DNA of 59,511 nucleotides from a virus (Duplodnaviria; Caudoviricetes): IMG/VR virus record IMGVR_UViG_3300003332_000138, positions 1 to 59,511 of that record; one strand, 5' to 3'. Shown piece by piece: positions 37,239 to 49,200 of this stretch (position 1 is its first letter; each line of letters starts with the position of its first letter). The notes under the pieces were generated by a model. It saw only the letters and a program-made list of their open reading frames with translations, ran no database searches and was not told where the DNA came from. The position numbers and the translations under genes were made by a program.

Positions 37239-40200
37239 ATGGCAGAAAATCATTTCGACAAGTTTGACGCTGAAGAAAAAAATGTGCCTCCTGTAAGTGA
37301 AGGGAATCACTTTGATCGCTTTGACCAATCAGCGACAGGAGCTCCCCGAGAATCAGCTGGTGCGAATGAGAATCAAGGAAGTGATTCTATTCCAGAAGAT
37401 CGTGGAATAGTAGGTGATACAGTTTCTCACCTTGCCCGTGGTGGTGCCAATCTCGCTAAAATGGTTGGTGGAGCAATGCGAGTTGCTGACTTAAACCCTG
37501 ATGACAATGACGGGTTTATGGATCGTGCAGGACAAAAGCTCATAGACATGGGGGAAAGCGCACCGAAACACGCCAAAATATTCAGGCCGGATCAACGTGA
37601 GGCACAGGGAGAGGAAGGTTTTGCTAAGAGAACCTACGGCATGGCTCTTGAATCTGCCCCTGCTTCTCTCACTCCCATGGCTACCGCTGCCGTTGGTGCA
37701 GGCATAGGATCTTTTGCCGGTCCGGTAGGGACGGTTGTCGGTGGTGGCCTTGGTCTTCTTGGCGGTATTATTGGAACCTTTGGTATGGGAACATACAACG
37801 AGGCCAGAACGACTGCTCTTAAACATTTAAAGAAAACTCGCCCTGAACTATCAAAGAACGAAGTAACACAGATGGCCCACGACAACGGCATGAGCCATGC
37901 TCTGTATGAAGTTGGAACAGAAGCCCTTGGAGACATTGCGGCAATGGCTACTTTTGGCATGGGGAAAGTCTTTTTCCATACCGCTAAGAATGGCGTGAAA
38001 GCGACTCTCAAAGGGGTGCTTGCGGGTGGACCTAAAGAATTTTCTAAGAAGTTTGCCAAAGCCTATGTAACAGATATGCCTTTCGAGGCCGGTTCAGAGA
38101 TTCTTGCGTATTATGGTCAATCTAAAGCAGACGAAAAGATAGGAATTGGTGAAGGTGCCACAGGGAAAGGGATGCTTGAAGCTGCTGGAACTGCAGCTTG
38201 GATGAGTGGTATTCTTGGTGGTGGTATCAGTGGATATAACGCTGTTCAGAGCAGAAAGGTAATGAAGAGCCTGAACTCTGATGATGTCGTAATCAGGGAG
38301 AGAGCTGCCAACACCATTGCTGGAGATATCAGTAGGAACCTTGATGACAAAAAAATTGCAAAGCAATGGCGAGTCGAAGCACAAAATGCAATTGCCTCGG
38401 GGGAGAAGATCCCGCTTGACGAAAAGATTGTAGACTTTGGAAAAGAAAAGGTGGCAGAGGATAACGGGACAGCATCGTCCACGCAAGAAGTTCCCCCTCC
38501 GACAGACAGACAAGCCCCTCCAGATGTAGAGCAAAAACCCCAAGGCGTTATTGCAAAGGCTGCAGACAAGGCACCTGTTCAGGCCGATAGCAATTCAGGG
38601 GCTGAAGCACCAGGATTTGGCGCTATACCTGGTAATGTACCCCCTGAAGGCGAAGAACAAAAAACAATTTTCAAGGCGATTAATGCAGTTCCAGAAGAAA
38701 CATTTGAAACTATTGTAAAAACAAAAGGACAAGATGAAACGACCACGCAAGCAAACCAGGAAGGAGAAGATCAAGGGCTGCAGAAAAACAAGGGAGAAGG
38801 TGAAGCCCAAGCAGAAATAGAAACTCACACCCTACCAGATGGAAGGCTTATTAATAAGCTTACTGGTGAAATAGTAGATCCTCCTAAAAAAACGATTGAG
38901 GAAGAGTACAACGAATATTCTCCGGATCTTCCCCCAACCGACAATATCCTGCCGGAAGGATTAACAGGAAAAGCCGCTGTCGATTTTGTTAAGGCGAAGA
39001 GTGAAGGGCTTGATGATCAGGGTGCCGAGAATTACGCACGGTTAAATAATGGTACACCGAAGAAAGGAGAACAGGGTGAAGAAAAGATACAGCAAAATGT
39101 GGATGGAGTTTCTAGTGAACCTGCAGCAGTCAAAGAAGAAAGTAAAACTACTGAGAGATCAGCAGGGGAAACCAAGCGGGTTGAGGTTGTAAATAACAGC
39201 AAGTCTGTTGCTCATGGCCAGGAAGTAGATACCGCTCCGAGTGAGAAACAGAAAGAGGCTGAGAATTACAAGAAGGGGCATGTTCGTCTTGACGGTATGG
39301 ATATAACCATTGAGAACCCTGCCGGTTCTACCAGGTCAGGAACTGACCAAACCGGCAATGAATGGTCGCAGAAACTGAAACATGACTACGGTTATGTGAA
39401 AGGTTCTGTCGGCTATGACAAAGATCATGTCGATGTCTTCTTTGCAAATGGATATACGGGTGGTGCCGGAAAAGTTCACATTGTAAATCAACACAATCAG
39501 GATGGCTCTTTTGATGAGCACAAAGTCGTGATTGGAGCCAGGACAAAAGGTGCTGCCAGGCAAACCTATCTGTCCAACTACGAAAAAGGCTGGAAAGGTG
39601 GCAAGTCTGTGGTGGAAATGCCCATGGACGAGTTCAAACAATGGGTAAAAGGTGAAGGGCCGAGTAAGGGCAAGCTTGTTACTGATGGTACTGAGAAAAC
39701 TGGTGGTAGTACGGGGAGTAATGGGAGCAACCCCGATACTGTAAATAATCCACCTACTCAGGACATCATCGAGCACACTACCAAAAAGGGCAAGGTCATA
39801 AAGGGCATTGTCCTGACAGATATTACCATGGGGGAAGCAAAGGAAATCGACAAGTACACTTTCAGGAAGGATGGTGGCTTCTTCATTAGGGAAAAACATC
39901 TAAAGGTAGAAGAAAAAGTATTAGAGCAAACTTCCGCCAAAATTGACGAGGAAAAGCCTGAAACTGTCAAAAGTGATGAGCCAGACAAGCCCAAAGCTAA
40001 CAAGCTCACTCCAAGGCAAAAAGAAGCAATGGAGTGGTTTAACGCTGGGCAGTCCGTTGGTGAAGAAGGGATGAACAAAGGGGTTGATGGCTACAAAGGC
40101 AGAATTCGCCCAGCAATCCTGAAGAAACTGGAAGAGAAAGGGTTGATTGAGTTCCTTGGTGGCTTCGATGAATGGTATTCCGTTGAAGTTATCGAACGGG

Positions 40201-43200
40201 ACAATATGAGGGAAACAGAAGCCAATCTTTTGGAACGGCAACAGAAGAAGTCTAAAGAAAAAAGAAAAAAAGGAGAACAAGATGGGATTCGGGGCGATGT
40301 TGAAAAATCTGGCAACGGGGACAACGGAAGCGGAACGGCAGGAAATGAAGGAATTACTGACAAAGACTCCGGACGCACAAGCGGCAATGGACAGGTTGCC
40401 CAAGGAACAGCCGACCAAACCCCAGCCGAAGAAAAAGAAGAAGGAGCGATTCGGAGCGGTGGAGCTATCAGCAGTTCAGAGAAGGAATCAGGCAACGAAG
40501 GAGTCTCTGGATTATTAAAAACTGTCGATAATGAAAAATCTGCATACGGGAAAAACAATACTCTTGTTTCCAAGAGCAGAGCTGACGAGATCCGGGCAAA
40601 ACTGAAAGAAAAGTTGAATCAGCTTTCTTCTGGTATTGACCCTGAAATGATTTCCCTTGGTACCGAGCTCGCTGTTTTCCATATTGAGGCCGGAGCCCGG
40701 AAGTTTACAGATTTTTCCAAGGCCATGATTAATGATCTTGGTGATAAGATAAAGCCTTTCCTCCGTTCTTTTTATGAGGGTGCCAGGTATTATCCTGGTC
40801 TTGACAATAAAGGGATGAGTGGCGCTGAAGAAATTGAAAGTGCAAGTACCTCTGATGTTACCGACAAGAATGTCGGAGACAAAACTGAGAAAGACAAAGT
40901 AGACGGGTCGATAGGTTTAAACCCTGATGGTCAAAATGTCTTTATTGATAAGAACGGGAACCGGCAACATGAAGATGGTACTTTCCTTGTCGGATCGTCT
41001 GTTGCGATTGATCTTGCGGGTAATGGGATTGTAGTTAAATCTCCCCAAATGCTTTTTGAGAGGGGTGATACTCAATTTCTTACCGTTGAGGAAGTCGCTG
41101 AGTTTAAAAATGCGGAAACTGGACAAACAAAGCCTGAAAGTGGTACAATAGAGGCAGGAGGAAAGAAAAATGAGCCAATACTCGCAGATGTCCAGGGAGT
41201 TTCTGAAGACAAACAATCCGGAAGAACTGGAAAGATTAAAGACGGAAGGCAAACTTCAGGAGTTCGAGAAGGATCTGACGGAACTGTACGAGGACCAGGA
41301 ACAGACAATAATCGGACAGATGACAAAGGAACTTCCGGAAAATTACGAGGACAGGGCAGTAAGTCTGAAACAAGCAAAGATGGTAGCAAGGGAGCAGTCG
41401 AGAGCAGACATGAGGGAGTTTCTGCAAGGCCTGTAGACTACCATATCACCGATTCTGATTCTCTTGGTTCTGGCGGTGCGACTACCAAAGCCAGAGCAAA
41501 CATCAAAGCAATCAGAATTCTCAAGAACATCCAAAAAGAAAAACGTCCAGCCACACCCGAAGAACAGAAGGCACTCGTCAAATATGTTGGGTGGGGCTCT
41601 TCTGAACTCGCTAACGGAATTTTTCCCGTAAAAAAATGGAGCCATGACTCCAGGAAGTTAGAGCCCACATATAAAAAAGGTTGGGCTACCATGGGTAAGG
41701 AACTTGAAACACTCCTTACAAAAGAAGAATACGCAGACGCCAAGCGTTCAACTCTGAATGCTCATTACACTTCCAAAGAAGTTATTGACGGTATGTACTC
41801 AGCCCTTGAGCAGTTTGGTTACAAGGGTGGCGGCAGGGCCATTGAACCCGGTAGTGGTGTCGGCCATTTTGTCGGGCTCCTTCCTGAAAACATGCCTGAT
41901 ACCCAGTTTACAACTATCGAAATGGATTCGATTTCTGCTGGAATAGCAGAGGCACTCTATCCAAATCACGATATCCGCAATCAAGATTATTCAAAGTTTA
42001 AAGCACCTAAAAACTTTTTCGATTTTGCAATCGGCAATCCTCCTTTTGACAGTATCCCCGTGACCACAGACAAGGAGTATGCAAAGCACAAGTTTGCACT
42101 CCATGACTTTTTCTTTGCTAAAACCATTGACCGGGTTCGGCCTGGTGGTGTGATGATGCTTGTTACCAGCAGGTACACAATGGACAAGTCCGGAGATAAG
42201 GCTCGTCATTATCTTAGTCAACGAGCTGATTTCCTTGGTGCGATCAGATTACCACAAACAGCTTTCAAAAAAAATGCAGGGACCGACGTTGTTACTGATG
42301 TAATTTTCCTTCAAAAGCGAGAAGAAGGGAAAGCGAAAGGCGGTTTACCGTGGAATAGCCTCAAAACGATCAAGGCGAAGGATAAGAACAAGAATACTCA
42401 TGAATTTAGTATCAACGAATACTTTGCGGATAATCCTGAAATGGTACTTGGCTCTCATGCGGCAGAAGGCAGTATGTATAGTGGCAACGAGTACACAGTG
42501 AAACCAAAACAGGGCGAAATCGGAGAACACTTCTCTAAAGCAGTTCAAAACCTCCCCAAAGATATCTATGAGCAGGGTGAAACAGTAACGGATCAGGAAG
42601 TCGCTGAAATTGAATTTGCACCTGACATTATAAAGGAAGGTGCTTTTTTCCTCGATGCAAAAGGAAACGTTCTCCTTAAAGAGGATGGTGTCGGCCAAGC
42701 TGTGTCAACGGCAAAAGGGAAGAAGAAGGCTCTTATTAAAAACTTCATAACACTTCGTGATGCGGTACGTGAAGTGCTTTATGTTCAGCTCTCTGAAACT
42801 GGTAGCTTGAAAGCTGCCCAGAGAAACCTAAACAAAGCATACAACGGTTTTGTTGAAAAGCATGGCCCAATTAACAAGGCCACAAAAGTTACCAGGACAT
42901 TGAACGATGGTGCCGAATCAATCAGCTATCGTTATCCGAATTTCCAGCCTTTCAGCATGGACCCAGATTCTTACCGGGTCGCTGCAATAGAGATTTATGA
43001 CCTTGAAACTGGAAAAACAAAGAAGGCTGATATCTTCACCGAGCGTGTCATATCCCCTGCAGTAGAGCCTAAAGTCGAATCGTTGACAGATGCTCTCCAT
43101 GTAAGCATGTATCAGAATGGTAGGGTTGATATTCCGGCAATTGCAGGACTTATGGACGTATCAGAACAAGAGGCGATTGATGGCCTTGGTGATGCAATCT

Positions 43201-46200
43201 TTCACGATCCTGATGGCAGAAAGTGGGTGACGGATGATGAATATCTTTCCGGGAATGTAAGAGAGAAGTTGGTAAACGCCAAAGATGCGGCAGAGGTTGA
43301 TAAAAAATATAAGCGTAACGTAAAGGCTCTTGAATCTGTCCAACCGGAAGACTTGCCTGCATCCAGGGTAACTATTTCTCTTGGTATGCCCATTATCAAC
43401 AAAAAATATATTGAAAAGTTTGCTTCGGAAGTTCTTGAAATGGATATTGCCGTTTCCCAGGCTCCCTTAACGAATGATTGGAAAGTCGTTGCTCACAGCG
43501 GTCAGGAAGCTGCAACGGCAACCAGTGATTACGGTACTCCTCGAAGAAACGCAGCAGCATTGCTTGACCACGCCCTTAACGGGAAATCTGTCACTGTCCG
43601 TGATCAAGATTCAGACGGGAAAACCTGGGTGAATAAAACTGCAACGGAAACAGCAAATGCAAAACTCCAGAAGTTAAAAACAAAATTCACCACCTGGATA
43701 TGGGAAGATGCAACCAGGGCCGATAATCTCCTAAGAAGATACAACGACGAATATAATAATATCGTAAAGCGTGAATACGGGGGCGACCATATTAATGTTA
43801 TGACCTTCCCCGGTCTGAGTAGTTCTATTAAACCATACGATCACCAGAAACGGGCGGCATGGCGTATTATCCAGAGTGGCAACACCTATATGGCTCACAG
43901 TGTTGGCGCAGGAAAGACAATTGCGTCAATCATTGCAGGGATGGAACAGAAGAGGCTTGGAATAAAGAAAAAGCCTGTTTGGGTTGTTCCTAATCACATG
44001 CTTAAACAATTCTCCAGTGAATTTCTTGAAACATATCCTGCAGCAAAGATCCTTGTAGCAGACGAGCAACAATTTACAGCGAAAAACCGTAACCGATTTA
44101 TGGGCAAGGTCGCTGTTGAGAATTGGGACGCTATTATCATTACCCATTCAGCTTTCAAGAAAATTCCAATGTCTGCAGAGTTTCAGGCTCAGTTTATCGA
44201 AGAGCAGCTTGACGAGGTGGAAATCTTCATGCAGGAGGCAAAGGACGAAGGCGAGTATGCCAAAACAAAACAGATCGAACGCCAGAAAAAGAAATTACAG
44301 GCTCAACTTGAAAAGATAATGTCTGGCGCCGAAAAAGATAAAGGCGTGACATTTGAGGAAACTGGCATCGATCAAATATATGTTGATGAAGCTCAAGAGT
44401 ACCGCAAGTTAAGTTTTGTAACCAAGAAAGGAGATTTGAAAGGTATTGATCCCAACGGGTCACAGCTTGCTTTCGATTTGTATACAAAAACTCAGTACCT
44501 TGAATCACAGACTCCTGGACGTTCACTTGTGCTGATGAGCGGTACACCAGTAACCAATACCCTTGGGGAAGTCTTTGCAATCCAGAGATTCTTGCAAGGT
44601 GACAAACTTAAAGACCTTGGAATTGATTACTTTGATGGCTGGGCGGCTACTTTTGGTGATACTGTCACGAATATTGAAGCCACACCAGCAGGGACGTATA
44701 AGCCTGTCACAAGGTTTGCTAAATTTAACAACATGGCAGCGCTTTCAAATATGTGGGCCGAGATTGGTGATTATGTCCATGCTAAGGACTTACATTATAT
44801 TACTCGCCCAAGTGTTATTGGCGGGTCCAGGAATGTTGTTATTGGTGAATCTAGTTCTATCCAGAAAGCATACAAGAAAGCCCTCGGTGAGAGAATTAAA
44901 ACTATTGAGGCCAGATCAGGCAAACCGGAAAAGGGCCAAGATATAATCCTTTCAGTTATTACCGATGGTAGACATGCCGCCATGGATGATAAATATATAG
45001 ATCCAGCTGCTCCGGTCCGAGAAGATTCAAAAATGACAAAGATGCTCGGCAATATAGAAAAAATATGGCGTGATACTGCAGACAATAAATCGACACAGAT
45101 GGTTTTTGCCGACCTTGGTATGCCAGGTTCCCTTGAAAAACGAGGGTTTTCTACATATCTCCACATTAAAGAGGAATTAATCAGAAGCGGCATTCCTGAA
45201 AACGAAATTGTTTTCATGCAGGATTACAAAAAATCAGACCAGAAGATAAAGCTCTACAAAGACCTTAATGCCGGGAAGGTTCGTATTATTATCGGCTCTT
45301 CTCAGTCCATGGGAACGGGTGTTAATGCTCAGAAACGCCTTGTTGCCCTCCATCATTTTGACCCAAACAGTTACTTGCCTTCTAATATTGAGCAGAGGGA
45401 AGGGCGTATAGTCAGACAGGGTAATACCAACGACAAAGTACATCTTTACGCTTACGTGACCAGGGGCAGCTATGACGAGACAATGTGGCAATTCCTGGAG
45501 ACTAAGCAGAGGTTTATTGATCAATTCCTTTCCGGAAAGGTTGGCGATGATTCTGTCTCTGACATAGATGGCGCTTCCAATAGTTATGCAATGGCAAAGG
45601 CCATGTCTTCCGATAATCCGCTTATTCTTGAGATGGCAGGGGTGGAAAATGAATTAAACACCTTAAAGTCACTTTACACCGGGCATCTTGATTCGCAGCG
45701 AAGTTTAAGATTTGGAAAATCAAGAGCCCAGCGGGGAATCGAATCTAACGAAAAACTTGTAAAAAGGATCGAGGCGGCGCTCAAAAATCGTATACCGACA
45801 AAAGGAGATGCCTTTGGGATGAAGGTTGACGGTGTTGATTACTCTGACAGGAACAAAGCAGGTAAAGCGTTTATCCAAAGACAGATTGATATGATAGACG
45901 GTAAAATCAGGTTTAATGAAATGGTAAAACTTGGTGATATTGCAGGGTTTGGAGTTTGGGGAACTAATGTCGGGATGAAAGGCAGTTACGCCTCAAAAAT
46001 AACTGTTGTTGATAAAGAATCTGGCCTTGTTGTCACTGACATTGCCTGGGCAACAAAACCAGAGCTCAAAGAGGCAAGTCCATCCGGAATAGTAAGGCAA
46101 TTGGAGAACCAGGCGCAAGGACTTGATCGCAGGCTTGAACGTGTAAAAGAAGAAATTGAAAAGGATTATGGTGTGATCAAGGGCGCGGATGAGCGCATTG

Positions 46201-49200
46201 GTGCAAAGTTTGAGTATCAAGATACTCTGGAAGAGAAACAAAAACGCCTTGAAGAGATACAGGACGAACTTGAGAAGGCAGAGAACGACAACGCTGGACT
46301 GGATGACGATTCTGAGGTAAAACTTTCCATAGGTGAAAAAACAAAAGCAGTAAATATTCCGATAATTGGAGAAGATACCAGTGATGACGGACAAAGAGAT
46401 GCGGAAACTCTTGAAAGAAGCATCAAAAAAGGACGCAAAAGGGCCGGTAAGGACACGGACAGAGGAAGAGGACATATCACGGCTGTCAACGTGCACCCTA
46501 AGCTTTCCGAAGGGCTGGAGAAAATCGCAAAAGTCTTCGGCAAAAGAGTAGTTTTTGTTAAAGATGGCGGTTCCGGACTTCTAAACAGTAGCGGTTATGC
46601 TATTGTCTCTGTTAATCCTGACGTTCTTTATATCAATACCGAGAACGACTACCTACCTACCACCGTTCTTGGCCACGAATTATTGCATCATCTTAGCAAT
46701 GACAGGCCAGGGCTCTATAACACTTTTAAAAATGTTCTTTTTTCAGGCAACATCATTAATAAGGAAAAATGGAATGAATTTAAAAGTGACTACAATGACC
46801 GTCTTGCTAAAATCGGTTTTGCCCCGATATCTGAAAGCGGTATCCAAGAGGAGTATGTTGCAGATTTTCTAGGGGATCTTGTCTCTGATAAAACTTTCTG
46901 GAACCAGCTCGCAAAAGAAAATCCTGGAATTTTTAAACGGCTTGCAAAGGCCGTTATTAAATTTTTTGATAGCATTATTTCCAAATTCAAGACAACCATT
47001 CCTGGGGCAGAATCGGACAAATTCTTTAAGGACATGGTTTTTGCCCGTAAACTTGCTACTGCAGTTTTGGCTGATTACGCTGGTGGGGTTAACACTCCTA
47101 GCGACACATCAAATCCCAATATAAAGCATTCTTTACCAAAGAAAGAATCTGGTGGAGATAAAACTTTTAATCAGACTCTCGCAGAAGTTGCACCTGGAGC
47201 CGTGAAATATATAAAGGCTGAAAAGCCGGATATGAACTTTCTGGAGATTCTTTTCTCGACTCCTGAGTATGCTTTTAAGAAATTCGGTGCAGCCTGGCGT
47301 GTATTACAGGCCCAACTTGACAGAAGGGATCTGAAAAACGACCTTGAGAATGATATCCTTGGAGAAAACTACAAGGATAAAGATGGGAATCTTATTGAAC
47401 AGGGAGAATTTTTTGATAAGTCCAATAAACTCAAGAAAGAGAACGTCGAATCCTATAATAAAGTTTCAGGGTATCTCGTTGGAGCAGATCAGACTGGTGA
47501 CGGATATCGAATAAAGAATGAGCTTGAAGAATGGGTAGTAAAGGACCGGCAGAAAAAAGTTGTAGAACGTTTTAAAATAAGCGAGCATCCGGAAGGAGAG
47601 GCTGAAGCTCTTGCTGTTGAATCTATGCGGCAGCACGAAGCTGCTGACTTGAGAAGCGAGGGATTTAATGAAGAGGAGGTTCGGCTTGTTCTCCTTTCCA
47701 GGAAGCTGACAAACAGGGCTTTTGATCTACTGATTGCTGATTTGCGCAAAATTGAGCAGGAAGCAAAAGAGGCTGGGCTCCCGACTCCTGCGCTTGGTGA
47801 AATAGATGAAGCTGGCCGCTATGGTGTGTATAACGGTAAGAAGTTGATTGCAGCCTACGAAAGCCAGGAAGAGGCAGCAGACAGTTTAAGTAATGCGGCA
47901 AAGGTTATCTCCTATGCAATCTACTCTAAAAAAGGCGGTGCTGTTGTCCGTGGGGATTTTACACAGCGGGACAAAGCGGAAGCTTGGGCAGCAAAGAATG
48001 ATATCGAAATTCGGGAGAAGGGTTCCTTCACCGTTAAGAGTAAGGGGAAATACACAAAACTTGAGATCCGGAAAAGAACTGATGATGAACTCCGGCCGCT
48101 TACTATTCAGGAAGCCATTGCCCAGATGAATGATCTTCGGGGTGTATTCTTTCCTCGTCTGCGTGAACCCGGCGCTTATGTGATGATTGCAAAAAAGGAT
48201 GGTTCTAATCCTATTCGCGAACATTTTGATATAGCAGGGCTCGATGATACGAAAGGTTGGAAGGCTACCAGGCTCATTAAAAAAGCTATCAACTCAGGGA
48301 CACCTGCAGGACGAAGAATTAAAGAGTTACGTTCCCAAGGATACGATGTAACGCTCAAAAAAGATGATTCGATTTCAGAAGATGTTTTTGACGCGACCAG
48401 ACTGACCAGTTCCCTCGATGCAATCCTGCAGCAGGCCATGAGTGTTGCAGATAAAAACGACTCAGATCAACTGGAGATGGGGAAACAGATTAACAAAATT
48501 CTCACTCTGCAAGTTGCTGATATCTTCAAGGCCCGTGGTTACCTTTCCACACGTATGAAACGTACAGAAGAAGTATGGGAAGGGTATGAGGAAGATATGC
48601 AGAAAGCCCTTGTTCAGTACGGGCGTAATCTGGCGGCTGGTGTGGCCAAGCGTGATACAGCACAAAAGATGATCCTTGCCTTTACTGGAAAGGACTACAG
48701 CTGGAACGATTATAAAAATGATGTGGGTGAAGCGGCCGACTGGGACGAATACAGCAAGATCGTAGAGAAAAGACGTGTTGACCCGGGTAAACAGAAAGTT
48801 CTTTTCAGCCAGGTGCGAAAGTTCATCATAGATGTTTTACGCAATGATGAGCAGGCCGACAGGGTTATGGGATTCATGAAGGGGCTTGCTGCTGTAAAGT
48901 TCCTTGGCTTTCGTATCAGTTCTGCTGCAATCAATATGACAAATATGGTACAGGCTGTTCCTGCAACTATTTCGGCTAACACCGATGACTCCATCCTGAA
49001 GTCGCTGAACCGTGTGAAACATGCTGTTACTGTCTACACGCAATACAGAACCAAAAAAGGGAAGATATCAGAAACGGACAGAGATATTTTTCAGGATATC
49101 ACAAGCAGGGGATGGGACCAGGCGCAATATAATATGGAACTGGCTTCTGCTTTGAAATCTAAACTTGGTGACCGGTGGGCGAAATTCACCGACGCATCTA

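Noticed and set aside
44116-48129. Other +1-frame ORFs in the giant gene (44116, 44563, 46597, 46879, 47893)
   Set aside because: Mostly overlap ordered domains, lack clear SDs and have typical shadow-frame composition.
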